Shown in pieces: positions 1-12,402 of a stretch of 64,000 nt of DNA. The notes below the pieces were generated by a model. It was not told the DNA's origin, did not search any database, and saw nothing but the letters and a program-made list of their open reading frames with translations. A program made the translations under genes and the position numbers. Origin of the DNA: Lama guanicoe (lineage: Eukaryota); contig MU053994.1 of NCBI GenBank assembly GCA_013239625.1, forward strand, positions 2,547,589 to 2,611,588, in the 5' to 3' direction. How positions within the stretch are numbered: position 1 is the stretch's first letter; each line of letters starts with the position of its first letter.

Positions 1-1593
1 GAAATAAAAGGAATCCAAATTGGAAATGAAGAAGTGAAACTTTTTCCAGATGACATGATACTATATACAGAAAACCCTAAGGAAGCGACCAGAAAACTAC
101 TAGAACTCATCAATGAATTTGGTAAGGTTGCAGGATACAAAATTAACATTTAGAAATCAGTTGCATGTCTATACACTAAGAATGAAACAGCAGAGAAAGA
201 AATTAAGGAAACAATACCATTTACTATCACACCAAAAACAATAAAATAACTAGGAATAAACCTACTCAAGGAAGCAAAAGACCTGTACTCCAAAAACTAT
301 AAAACACTAATGAAAGAAATTGAAGATGACATAAACAAACAAAGATATACTGTGTTCTTGGATTGGAAGAATCAATATTGTTAAAATGGCCATACTGCCC
401 AAGGCAATATACAGATTCACTGCAATCCCTATCAAATTATTGACATTTTTCACAGAGCTGGAACAAAAAATGTTCAAATTTGTATGGAAACACAAACGAC
501 CCCGAATAGCCAAAACAGTCTTGAAAAAGAAGAACGGAGCTGGGGGAATCACACTCCCTGACTTCAGACTATGCTACAAAGCTACAGTAATCAAAACAAT
601 ATGGTACTGGCACAGAAACAGACACATAAATCAATGGAACAGGACAGAAAGCTCAGAAATAAATCCATGCACATATGTTCAATTAATCTACGACAAAAGA
701 GGCAAAAATATACAATGGAGAAAAGACAGTCTCTCAATAAGTGGTGCTGGGAAAACTGGACAGCTGCCTGTAAAAGACTGAAATTAGGACATTCTCCAAC
801 ACCATATACAAAAATAAACTCAAAATCGATTAAAGACTTAAATGTAAGACCAGATACTCTAAAACTCCTAGAGGAAAACATAGGCAGAACACTCTTGGAC
901 ATAAATCAAAGCAATATATTTTTTGAACCAGCTCCTGGAGTAATGGAAATAAAAGCAAAAATAAACAAATGGGATCTAATTAGACTTAAAAGCTTTTGCA
1001 CAGCTAAGGATATCATCAACAAAAGGAAAAGACAACCTACAGAATGGGAGAAAATATTTGCAAGTGATGAAACCAACAAAAGACTAATTTCCAAAATACA
1101 TAAACAGCTCATACACCTTAATATCAAAAAAAAGCAACCCAATCAAAAAATGGGCAGAAGACCTAAATATGTATCTCTCCAAAGATATACAGATGACCAA
1201 CAAGCACATGAAAAGATGCTGAACATCACTAATTGTTAGAGAAATGCAAATCAAAACTACAATGAAATATCACCTCACACCAGTCAGAATGGCCATCATT
1301 AAAAAGTCTACAAAGGGTAAATGCAGGAGAGGGTGTGGAGAAAAGGAACCCTCCTACGCTGCTGGTGGGAAAGTAAATTGGTGCAGCCACTATGGAGAAC
1401 AGTATAGAGATTCCTTAAAAAACTAAAAATAGACTTACTATATGATTCAGCAATTCCACTCCTAGGCATATATCTGGAGAAAATCTAACTCAAAAAGACA
1501 TATGCACCCCAATGTTCATAGCAGCACTATTTACAATAGCCAAGACATGGAAACAACCTAAATGTCCATCAACAGATGAATGGATAAAGATGT

Positions 1594-1629
<36 letters not shown>

Positions 1630-1812
1630 TATATGTGTATTTATATATAATGGAATACTACTTAACCATGAAAAAGAATAAAATAATTCCAATTGCAGCA
1701 GCATGGATAGACCTGGAGATCATCTTTCTAAGTGAAGTAAGCCAGAGAAAGAAAAATACCATATGATATCACTCATATGTGGAATCAAAAAAAAGGGACA
1801 CAAATGAACTAC
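1..1812 (+). mobile_element. LINE-1, 3' part of ORF2 plus start of 3' UTR; degenerate, runs off the left edge
   Basis: ORF pieces [29 protein letters not shown] and [21 protein letters not shown] are typical L1 ORF2 C-terminal peptides. They are split over three frames, so the copy is frameshifted. Confidence 0.95.
1597..1626. repeat. (TA)n microsatellite inside the L1
   Basis: Direct read of the TA run. Confidence 0.95.
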
Positions 1813-2177
1813 TTACTATTTATAACTTAGATAATTGATCTCTTAAATATGTTGTAAGCACATCTGACTGTCCTTTATGATTGGATTACTGCATTCTGTT
1901 AATTCTTTGAAAAAAGATAAGTATACTGTGCTTAAATCAGAAATCATCTTTGTTCTTAGGAAATACATAGTGAAGTATTAAAGAGTAAAGATGTCTGCAA
2001 CCTACTGTCAAATGGTTCAGATCAAACAGTCATGTATGTTTCAATTTTTGCATATATACATAAATATATATATATAACATAAATACACATATGTTACATA
2101 TATAGATACACACACACATACACATGCATATTTATAAAGAGAACAAAAAAACAAACATGTCAAAGTTTAAAATTGGT

Positions 2178-2640
2178 TGCAGTGGTTTGTACTGCGTCAG
2201 GCTAGTTGACCCAGAACCACGGTTCCCAGAATCCCCCTTCCCTGTGTGGTTCCAGGTAAGAGTTGGCTCCGAGATCACTGGAAGAGATTTGGAACACAGA
2301 AGTAAAATGACTTTCAGAAGGTGACCAGAGTTAAATGCAGTAGAAGGCAGATGCAGAAGTGCTGGCAGATTCCAGCTTGTTCTGTTATCCTCTGTTCAGT
2401 GGCCAGCTTTTCCTCCTGACTGCTGGACCCACCAACAGGGTCCCCTCACCAGGCCCAGTACGAGATTTTTGGCCGAGGCTTCTCAGAAGGCCCAGCTCCT
2501 TGCATTAACTGGCTGGTGACTCTCCCTACTCCAGCTCTGCCATCAGACCTCGTCACCTCCCTAGCACTGTTCCATCTATTCCCTGTAATAAATCCCTCCT
2601 CACAAACAGTGGCCCTGCTTCCCAGCTAGAACCCTGACGT
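2178..2640 (+). mobile_element. ERVL-type LTR (MLT2-like)
   Basis: Contains aataaatccc and ends in agaaccctgac as MLT2 LTRs do; it interrupts older L1 3' sequence. Family assigned by recognition only. Confidence 0.55.
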
Positions 2641-2768
2641 TGGCGGATCTGAGGAAAGTGTATGTGAGAGTTCTCTGAATTCTTGCAACAAATTTTTTTT
2701 AAGTATGAAATATTTTCAAAATAAAGTTTTAAAAAATAAAATTTTTCTAAGATTTAATACACTGGATA

Positions 2769-3114
2769 GAGAGAGATTGCCAAGGTGGTGGAGTAGAAGG
2801 ATGTATATAGCTCACCCTCTCCAAGAATACAGCAAAAATTACATCTAAAAACAGAACAATCTGCACAGAATACCTACTGAACTTTGACAGAGTATCTCTC
2901 ACTTCAGAAATACAAGAAAATCCTCACAAAACCAGATAAACAAGTTTATACTGTTTAGCACAGGCAAGTATATTCAGTATCTTGTAGTAACCTATAATGA
3001 AAAAGAACATGAAAATGAATATATGTATGCATATGTATGACTGAAACATTACGCTGTACACCAGAAACTGACACACTGTAACTGACTATACTTCAATTTA
3101 AAAAAAAAAAAAAA
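2769..3114 (+). mobile_element. Chimeric L1: 5'-UTR-like head joined directly to the L1 3' terminus with poly(A)
   Basis: Head ccaaggtggtggagtagaagg resembles an L1 5' start. The tail matches L1 3' ends elsewhere in the window (5192-5251, ~42570-42700) and ends in actatacttcaattt(A)n. Confidence 0.7.
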
Positions 3115-3899
3115 GGATGGTCCTCTCACTAAAAGGTTAAAAGGTTTTTCATTTCTGGTGCAAAGACAAAGTATGAAGAGTAGGCAATAATCTATTTCTG
3201 GTGACAGGACCCTCCAAATGGGGCCCTGGCAGGAGAGTGGAGGTGGCGTGGAGGGGAGGAAGGCCCACAGCCTTTTCTGCTTGTTTCACCACTGACCTGA
3301 TCTGAGGACACAAGAATAAGGCAGAGATGATACAGAAGATGGGAGGAAGCCATGGTCCACTGGGGGCTGGACCCTATGATCCCCTCCTGACACCTGATTG
3401 CACTAAGGGACCAAGACCAGATTATGACACAGGGGCATTTTATAGCTAGAGAAATTAAGGTACAACACACCTAACTGATGGTCTTGTAGCTACTGGAAGA
3501 CGCTGGACAACCACCCAGCCTTCAGCCACTGTATTCACATGAGGGAAAAAAAAAACAAAACAGCATAGGAAGGCAAAAGATTAGAATCAGGGCCACAGAT
3601 GGCTCTAAAATTACTTTTTGCAGTAACTGAAAATAGCTGAGCCAATATATCCGCCTATTGTTTTATTCATCCAGCTTCTCTTGAGGCACTAGGCTATTTA
3701 TTCCTTTTGGTAGAATCTGAGAGCAACTATTCCAAGGAAATCAGCATAGGATGTGGCAAAAACAAATTCATAAAATACCCAAATCCTAAATGCTGCGTTT
3801 TCACAGCCATAATTCAGGGATAGTCTTATGTTCTATAAACGCTGGCCAGCGTTCCAGGGCAACGCTAATGAAATTCAATTTCTGACTTTTATTTTAAAG

Positions 3900-4770
3900 T
3901 ACAAGACAGAAAATCATTTTAAAAAAAATGCTGCCATCATTAGAGTAATGCTTGATTCAGGCAAGAATCACCAACGGATGCTAAAACTAGTAGGTTAAAT
4001 ATCTGATGAGCAAATGGATATTTGCATAGTCTCAAAGTATCTCCCCACAAATTACTTCTGAATTACAAACGGGAAAATACTGACTTTACAGCAGAGAAAC
4101 CTAGTGGACAGTACCTTGGTATCACTGGTAACCAGATTCACAGACATCATGTGCCTCCTAAGGTGCCAGGCTGGGCACAGGATGCCATTTCTGCAGGGTT
4201 CCTGCCAAACACAAACTCCCTGAAGGTAGTCATGAGGAAACATTAAATGAACCCAAACTGAGGGACAGTCTATCAAACAGCTGGCCTGTACTCTTCTAAA
4301 ATGTCAAAGTCATCAATGTCAAGGAAAGGCAGAGGATCTATTGTAAATTAGAGGAGACTAAAAAGACATCACAATTAAATGCAACGTGTCATCCTGGCCT
4401 GGATCCTGGACTAGAAAAACAAAATTGTTATACAAGACATTATTGGGACAACTGGTAAAATCTGAATGAGGATTGTAGATTACAGTACTGTATCAATGGT
4501 AAATGTCTTGCTTTCAATAAGTGTATCACAGTAATGTAAGAGAATGTTCATGAGTGTCCATATGTTTAAGAAAAAGACATAGAAGTTCTGAAGTTCTTAG
4601 GGGCAAAGAAAACCATAAAGCAAATGTGTCAAAATGTTAATAGTTGGTAAATCTCCACAAAGGGTATATGTGAGTTCTTTGCACACTTCTTGTTTGTCAT
4701 TCTTGTTTTTAAACTATTTCAACTTTTCTGTGAATTTGAGATTATTTCAGAATAAAAAGTTAAAAAAGGA
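3900..4770 (+). mobile_element. Ancient L1 3' end (L1MC-like)
   Basis: Motifs such as gatcctggactagaaaa and a terminal aaataaaaagttaaaaa; a similar copy lies at ~8060-8700. Confidence 0.6.
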
Positions 4771-5191
4771 AATTAATTAGAATCAAAAGATGTGCTGTCC
4801 ATGATCCACTGCATTGGAACTCACTGAGGGGTCACGTGGGCACAGGGTCATTAACGTCAAGCAAGATGTCATTAGACCTGTGACCTGGAATCTTCGTTAG
4901 AAGAAAGTATGAGATGGCACATTTTCAACAGACTGGGAGAAGGCAGGAATCTATCTTAGTATTTTCCGGTCTTCTCCCATCATTTTCCTTTGAAACATGA
5001 CAGCGAACTTGTCTGCCACGTTCACGTGTCTCTGAGTTGAAAGCCACAGAGAGAGCCCGATGGCTTTACGTTGAAGAGGTGGCACAGAGAACAGAAATGC
5101 CACTTCCAGTAATATGAATGGTAAAGAAATATTATCTAAAATAATGATAAACCTTTAGCTGTTTAGTCACATCTATTAAAATACAGTGACA

Positions 5192-5251
5192 ACCAGAAAC
5201 TGACACAACATTGTAAACTGACTATATTTCAATTTAAGAAAAGTAAAAAAA
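5192..5251 (+). mobile_element. Very short 5'-truncated L1 3' end with TSD
   Basis: Flanked by a 14-bp direct repeat aaaatacagtgaca (5178-5191 and 5252-5265). The body is the L1 terminus plus an A tail. Confidence 0.85.
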
Positions 5252-6116
5252 AAAATACAGTGACATACACAGCAGGACTAACTGATCTGTGGGGAAGGCT
5301 AATCACAGGACAGCATCACTGATGTTCTCCAATCCTAAAACTGTTTTGTGGCTCTTTCCTGCAGCCAGGTAGGATTCTCTACAGCTCTGCTCATTCCTAG
5401 CCCTGGATCTTTCTCAAGTCTCCCTTCAAGTGCTGGCCAAGTTCCATTACAGTGTCTTATCCTCCACTTGGGCCATTCATTGCAACTGTAACAACCAACA
5501 AATACCTACCAAACCCAAACCTTATACCAAAACTGTATTTAGCTAGGCATCTACCAGCTGGGAATCTACCAGGAAAGTCACTTAAACATTGTGTGTACCT
5601 CCATTCCTCTAGCTACGAAATGCCCCTCTGAGCAGGCAGATCTCGTCTTGTTCAATTTGGGCCACATCCAGTCAACAAATTAGAAAGCCTTGTGGGGAGA
5701 AGGAATATCTCATTTGATGATAACCTCCCTAGCCTAACAGGACTCACAACATAGCTGGAAAGACAGAAACACATCAGATGGTCAGGTGATTTGTGCAGAG
5801 GATTGATGTGAGAAAAGGAAACCTTAAGCCTGGTCTATACTGAATTCATTGCATCACCATGACAAATGACACCATCTCTTAAAGTTTCATGCCTTATTTG
5901 TAAAATAAGGGGGCTGGATTTGATGATAACAATGATAATAGCTAAAATTTACTGAGCACTTCTTATATGCCAGGCCCTATATTAAGCACTGGACATGGAT
6001 TAACATGCTAAAATCTCACAATACTGTTGTGAGGTAGGTACCCACTGTCATTTCCATTTCACAGATAATCTGTGAGATCCAGTGTTCCATAAGTATGTGA
6101 TTTCAAGTTAAGTAAT

Positions 6117-7545
6117 ATGGTAGACTGTATTTTCCAAAGGTGGCCACAGCAGTATTTCCCATCCCACATGCTCTTTCTTTTCAAACTATGACTCTGACAT
6201 CCTGCCTTTGAGCAGTGGGTCTATGTCCTGTCTCATTGAATTTGAGTGGGCTTTTGACTGGAGAAAGTGATGTTATGCAACTTCTAAAACTAGACCATAA
6301 AAGCCAGTTTAGCTTATATTAGTTTTCTACTGCTGCACAACAGAGCATCACAAATTTAGCAGCTTAAAACAACACCCATTTATTAGCTCTCAGTCTATAG
6401 CTCAGAATTCTAGGCACAGCATGGCCAGGTTCTCTGTTTAGGGTCTCACACCGCCAAAATGAAGGTGTCGGTTGGACAGAGTTCTCAGGGGGTCTAGGGG
6501 AAAAATCTGCTTCCAAGCTCACTCATGTGGTTAGCAGAATTCAGTTCTTTGTGGCTGCAGAACTGAGGTCTGCCTCTCCTTGCTGCCTGTCAGCTTGGGC
6601 TGCGCTCAGCTCCTAGAAGCTGCCTGAATTCCTTGCCATGTGGCCACCTCCATCCTCCATGCCAGCTATAGAGAATCTCCCTCACATCAAATCCCTCTCA
6701 CACTTTGAATCTCTGACTTTCTCTGTCTCTGACCTCGAGACCCAGATTGGCTCCTGTGACAGAAGACGTATAGAAGAGGAGGAGGCCATGTTACCACGGA
6801 GGCAGAGACTGGAGTGATATGGCCACAAGCCAAGGAATGCTTGTAGTCACCAGAAGATGGAAGAGGCAGAGAACAGATTCTCCCTTTCAGCCTCAAAAGG
6901 GAGCACAGCCCTGCTGGATTTTGTACTTTCAGCTTCCACAAATATGAGAGAATAAATTTCTGTTGTCTTAAGCCAAAAACAAACAAAACCCAAAAAAACC
7001 CTTAAGTGATTAGGTCGCGCCCACTTGGACAATCTCACTATGTTAAGGTCAGCTGATTTGGAATCTTAATTGTATCTGCAAACTCCCTTTTTTCATATAA
7101 TCATGGGAGTGATATCAAATCATATTCACAGGTTCTGCCCACACTTAAGGGGAAATTTTGCAAGGGCAGGGGTCATTTGGGGTCATTTTAGAATTCCACC
7201 TACTACATAAGCTTCCGTTTGATTCTCTTGTTACACTTATTCTTAAGCATCATGCTGTGAGGAAGAAGCACAAGCAGCCTGTGGAGAGGAACTGAGGCCT
7301 CCTGGCCAATAGTCCCAGCCCATCTCCCAGTCAACAACCAGTATCATCTTGCCAGCCATACTAGTGAACCATTTTAAAAGTGGATCTTTCAGCCCCAAGC
7401 TGAGCTGCCCCAGCCGGCCAAGCATGGAGCAGATGAGCTGTCTCCATTGAGTCCCACCCAAACTGCAAATGTGAGTAAAATAAAGGACTGTTGTTGCTCT
7501 AGGCCACTATGTTTTGGGGTGATTTGTTCTACAACAATAGGTAAT
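6117..7545. mobile_element. Nested MaLR (MLT1-type) LTRs
   Basis: An outer LTR (~6117-6315 and ~7210-7545) is split by an opposite-orientation LTR (~6316-7207), which is itself interrupted by another LTR piece (~6757-6975). Assigned by recognition of MLT1 terminal motifs. Confidence 0.6.
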
Positions 7546-8839
7546 CAAAACCTAGTGACAACCTACGTGGAATGATCTACAAGTACTGATGACTTCTTGT
7601 GGACAGGGGGTGGCAACTTACATTTCTTTTAGGACACTGGAGCATTTGGCAGTGTTAGGCCTAAAATGCCATTCAGTTCATGCTTGCTGATTTATTAATT
7701 CAGATTTATACTAAACTGATTTACACCAGTCTAACAGTCATCCATATTTGGAAGCCCAGTGCTCTAAAAGGGTTATCTAAAAATTATGCTGCTTTCCTTT
7801 TGAACAATATGAAATATATTTTAAAGTTATATTTGTAAAATATTTGGGATGTAAATAAACAGATAATGAATGTATTTTTAAAGGTATAATGGGCTTGTTT
7901 ATAAATCACTACTTAAGTGTATTTCAAAGTATACTTAATTTCTTTTCAATCTATACTTAATTACTTTTCAACAATTATTATTTTTATTGGAAAAAAGGAG
8001 AAAACACTGTGAAAATAGTCATCAGTTTTGTCATTAAGAATTTTCATCAATGGATATTAACTATTAAGAGTTAATATGTGGAAGTCTTTGAGAATATAAT
8101 ATCCATACACTCTCAAATAGGCTACCCCTGGATTATTTGATTACACAGTGAAGAAACCTGGCAGGTAACTCTTTAACCAAATGATCAAGGTTACTATCAC
8201 CAAGAATGGAACAAAGTGATATCACGTGCCTCCTACTGTGATCCACTAACGCACAACCACACCTGTGCAGCATTCCTGCCCCTTCAAAAACCAATTTTAA
8301 ATTTAATTAAGAGAAAACAGACAAATCCAAATTAAGACCATTCTGAAAAACCACTGACTTGTTCTCACCAAAAATGTCAGTGTCATGAAAGACAAAAAAA
8401 GCTCGGAACTCTTCTAGATTAAGGGAGATTAATTTAAATGACATAACTATCTAAATGTGAATCTTGACTGGATCCTGGATCTCCCCCCACCACCTCCGAC
8501 AAGGAAAAAAAAACAGCCATAAAACTATAACCCTTAAATATGCACTACACATTAGACAATAGTACTGTACTAAATGTTGAGTATCTGAGTGGATTATTGT
8601 ATGGTGGTTTAGCAGGAGAATGTCCTTAACAACCAGATGCCGAAATAGAAGTGAAATGTCACTATGTCCGCAAGCAACACTCAGGCAAACTGCAAAAAAG
8701 AAAATTCTGTACCTGGTTGAAGAATTTTGTATCAACATCTTGTCGACACTATCCACAGACTGGAGAGAACAAGCAGTTTCCCGCTGTGTAGCTGAGGAGA
8801 AACAGGCTCCCCGCCTCCTGGGTGGCACCTAGAGCCCTA

Positions 8840-9320
8840 AGAGCTTTCGGGGGGCCGCAGCAGCACGGCCAAGAGGAGAGGGAGCGCCCACCTTCGCTGA
8901 GAGGCACGAGCTCTCTACATACTTTACGGCAGCCGCGCGAAGGCACAAGAGCGACGCCGCGCCTCCCGCTCTAAAGGCATGCACGACAGCGGCACGTGCT
9001 GTCAGGCGCACTTTACGGCAGCCGCGCAAAAGCACGAGGGCGAGGCCACGCCTGCCGCTCTAAAGGAACGCACGAAAGCGCCACGCGCTGGCTGGCGCAC
9101 TTTACGGCAGCCGCGCAAAGGCACGAGGGTGAGGCCACGCCTGCTGCACGAAAGGCACGCACGACAGCGGCACGCTCTGGCTGGCGCACTTTACGGCAGC
9201 CGTGCGAGGGCACGAGGCCGTGGCCCGTGGTGTCTTAGAAGAGGCAGACGTTCCAGGTTCTGCGCTCCACGTCATTTGTCGGTTGGCTGTTAATCTGTTG
9301 GCACTCCCACGGCTCGGCGA
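8840..9320 (+). promoter_or_regulatory. CpG-rich promoter/5' region of MPC1L
   Basis: Abrupt rise in CpG density that continues into the CDS; CCACGTCA at 9267-9274; three CNGTTR motifs at 9280-9300. Confidence 0.65.
8921..9217. repeat. 89-bp CpG-rich tandem repeat (~3.3 copies) upstream of MPC1L
   Basis: actttacggcagccg recurs at 8921, 9010, 9099 and 9188, an exact 89-bp spacing. Confidence 0.95.
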
Positions 9321-9808
9321 TGATGGAGGCGGTGGCAGCACTGTGGCGGAGGGCAGTGGCAACCATGAAGACGAAGGAGTTCCGGGATTACCTGACCAGC
9401 ACGCACTTCTGGGGTCCCGTGGCCAACTGGGGCCTCCCACTGGCCACCTTAAATGACATGAGGGCACCGCCGGACATCATCAGCGGCCGCATGACGACAG
9501 CGCTCATCTTTTACTCTCTGGCCTTCATGCGCTTCGCTTACCGCGTACAGCCTCGCAACTTGCTGCTGATGGCATGTCACGGCACCAACGTGGTGGTGCA
9601 GAGTATTCAGGCAGGCCGCTACCTGATCTATCACTACGGCAGTGGAGCCACGACGGCCACTGTTGACACCGCCACCGCTGCCACCGCCTGTACCGTCTGT
9701 GCACCCTCTACCAACTTTATCACCACTGCAGCTGACGACTCTGTGGCTGATGCTAACGATTACAAGGATGCCATTGACTTGGATCCGCTGATGCTGTGTC
9801 ATGATTGA
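9320..9808 (+). CDS. MPC1L: Mitochondrial pyruvate carrier 1-like protein (intronless retrogene), 162 aa
   Basis: MPC family motifs [26 protein letters not shown] and [19 protein letters not shown] in a single exon. Its position next to CXorf38 and MED14 matches the known synteny. The second of two tandem ATGs (9323) has strong Kozak context. Confidence 0.96.
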   Translation: MMEAVAALWRRAVATMKTKEFRDYLTSTHFWGPVANWGLPLATLNDMRAPPDIISGRMTTALIFYSLAFMRFAYRVQPRNLLLMACHGTNVVVQSIQAGRYLIYHYGSGATTATVDTATAATACTVCAPSTNFITTAADDSVADANDYKDAIDLDPLMLCHD

Positions 9809-9930
9809 GAGGGCCCAATTGAATCTTTGCAGCTTACAAGCACTGAACTGTTCTTCCTAGAGAAAAGACCAATAACAAGTTTCATTTTGACCCAAACAGT
9901 GCAAATCTGATTTAAAGTTGCAGTTTGATT

Positions 9931-9936
9931 AATAAA
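9931..9936 (+). terminator. Poly(A) signal of MPC1L
   Basis: AATAAA ~120 nt after the stop, followed by a GT-rich stretch (gttgagtttggtttatttcgtgtt). Confidence 0.75.
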
Positions 9937-11052
9937 AAAAAAGGCAAATAGCACAGAACTGAAGCTGTTGAGTTTGGTTTATTTCGTGTTGGGGACCTGA
10001 AATGTTTTTTAGAAGGTGAGGGGAATTGGCTAGTCTTCCTCTTCATGGGACCTGTAACTTGAGGGTTAGTTTATGTAGGCGAGAAAGACTGAATGACACT
10101 TCAAATTATCTAATTTATTGATTTTTTTAAAGCTCTCTTGGAAATACGTTTTTGTTACTTGTACTGGGTGTCCAGGCCAAATAAAGGTGCTTAGTAGCAC
10201 ACGACTTTAAAAACTCGGTACAGCCACAATCTCTTTACACCATAAAAAGGAAAGTCCAAGGGCTGTTTCTACTGAGGGAAATACTTCCAAGTGGGTTTAA
10301 GTGAATTCAGTGAAATCCAGCTTTTAAGGAGTACTTAGCAAGAGAACCTAGAATCTCTTGGTGACCAAGAACAATGATAGAACCTTCAATGGAAACAGGA
10401 AACACCACTCTGAGGTCAGTTGCTGTCAACCCTGGATTCTAGGTAAACTGAAAATAAAAACAAGATCACGATCCTTTCCTCTTTCTCTCATGCCTAAAAA
10501 CGGAGGAAATGGTAGTTTGTAAAACTAGGGAATCTATCACCCTGTGTTGCACACTAGTTAGGGTTTGGGGTGAGGGCCAGTGGTCAATAGTGTTAAGCCC
10601 ACGGTATGCCCCACTAGGACTCCTATGGGTGCGAAAGGATTTTGCTTAAACCTGGGAGCATGACAAGGGAAAAGAAAAGGGTAGGGCTGCGGGTGTGAGG
10701 CCATTACCTGGGCAACAGTCTGCCCTCTAGGATTTCACCGTGAATCCCTTACCCCTGCCACGCCTCTGGAGAATGTGGGAAGTCCCAGAGTGGTCTACTG
10801 GAGAACTCCAATGTATGTGTTTAAGAGTGCTTAAACCCTGCTTTTGTTAAAAGGTTTCAAATGCAAAGAAATTGAACACAACTCTGAAAGGTTCTGAAGA
10901 CATCAGGTTTTGGATAAGAGAGACACAACTTTAGTGGAACTCTGGAGGAGTCCCCTTTATCTTCTGTGGCATCTAAGCAGTAGCCCTCTTTGTAGGCAGT
11001 TTCTGCATTTCACATTCTGTGTACAGGAGGAGAAACAAACTCTGGAAAACGG

Positions 11053-11499
11053 TAGTGTGTTAGTTACCTATTGCTGTGTAATAAATCACCCCCAAACTTA
11101 GCTTAAAACAACCAATATCTTACACAATTTTGGAGGGTCAGGAATCTGGGAGTGGCTTAGTTGGGTGCTTCTAGCTCACGGTCTCTCAGCTGTCCACTGG
11201 GGCTGCAGTCTCTGAAGACTTACCTGGGAATGGAGGATCTGCTTCCAAGCTCGGTCCCACAGTTGTTTGCAGGAGGAATCAGTCCCTTGTCATGTGGGTC
11301 ATAGGGCTGCTCACAACATGCCTTCTCCCAGAGAAGGTGTTCCAAGAGAGAGAAAGCCCAAGATGGAAGCCACAGTCTCTCAGCTGTGTTCTCTTGGTCA
11401 CATGGACCAACCTAGGTACATCGGGGGAGGGCAACACAAGAGTGGGAATACCAGGAGGCAGGGATCATTGAGGGGCCGTCTTGGAGGCTGGCTACCACA
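11053..11499 (-). mobile_element. MaLR LTR (MLT1-like)
   Basis: Termini tgtgttagttacctattgctg ... ggctggctaccaca are typical of MLT1 in reverse orientation. Confidence 0.65.
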
Positions 11500-11787
11500 T
11501 GTGGTTTTGACATAAAAATTCTCATGCCTTTCAGAAACTCAGTTGAAAGTAATAAAGCATGTAAGGTCAGTGCCCACCTTCCCAAAGAGATGTCACAAAA
11601 TGTTCAGTTTACAGTTTTGTGCTCATTACAAACATGCATCTATCATAGAGGATGGGTTTGAGAGGCAGGAAGGAAGTCTCTGGAAGATAGTGGTAGCTCC
11701 TCATATTTTAGATAGTTCAGTCTATAATGCAATAATAAAAAACAGTTCTTAAAGTTCTGAAATGAATCATAACCTTGTATCAAGATT

Positions 11788-11793
11788 TTTATT
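11788..11793 (-). terminator. Candidate CXorf38 poly(A) signal
   Basis: AATAAA on the minus strand with upstream TGTA and downstream tgttttttattattg. Confidence 0.5.
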
Positions 11794-12402
11794 AAAACTT
11801 GAGGATTTTTCCCCTTTACTCTTACATGAATAGAAATTAATACATTTTTTAGATTTGTCTTACTAAGTGTATTTTGTAACTTGAGTATTATATTTCAGTA
11901 AAAGGCCACTGTCTGTTGAAGACATTTCAGAGCAGGTAGGTTTTTAATTAACCTGGTAAGGGGGAAGGAGGGTAATCCCTGCTGATAATTTCCCGTCACT
12001 CGACATTTATAATTTAGAGGGCAAAATGATTACAGAAAATTCCAAAAGATTTTAACACCTCCACTCTAATGCAGTGCTCCACTTACAGGATCTAATTTGT
12101 AGTACGCCCACCCAGCTAAAAGCCCTAACCCTTTGTTGCCCAGGATATTAATGTTTAAAGCCATATAAGTGATTAATACTTTAATAAGAACCCAGCTTTC
12201 AAATCATTAGGGTAATGATCATTTCATAATCTCCCCAAACTCTTGAACATAATCGCTTCTGGTCTTGGCAATTTAACTTAAACTGTCTACAGATCTCTAT
12301 CACTGCTTTATGAAGCTAATAACACTTTCCGAATTGGCAGGGCTATTTTTCCAGTTTTTGTTCCTGACCCATTTTTGTTATTTTCCAGAATTTGGGTTTT
12401 AT

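Noticed and set aside
386..1426. L1 ORFs as an active or domesticated gene
   Set aside because: ORF2 is broken across frames with stops.
8921..9217. Regularly spaced repeat could look like a CRISPR array
   Set aside because: Whole 89-bp units are homologous with no unique spacers; eukaryotic context and no cas genes.
8979..9293. 104-aa ORF and other overlapping ORFs upstream of MPC1L
   Set aside because: They are translations of the GC-rich tandem repeat, with the same peptides recurring in shifted frames; no coding evidence.
9758..9770. gattacaaggatg (DYKD) in the MPC1L tail resembles the start of a FLAG tag
   Set aside because: It continues as AIDLD rather than DDDK, and there is no linker or vector context; a chance match.
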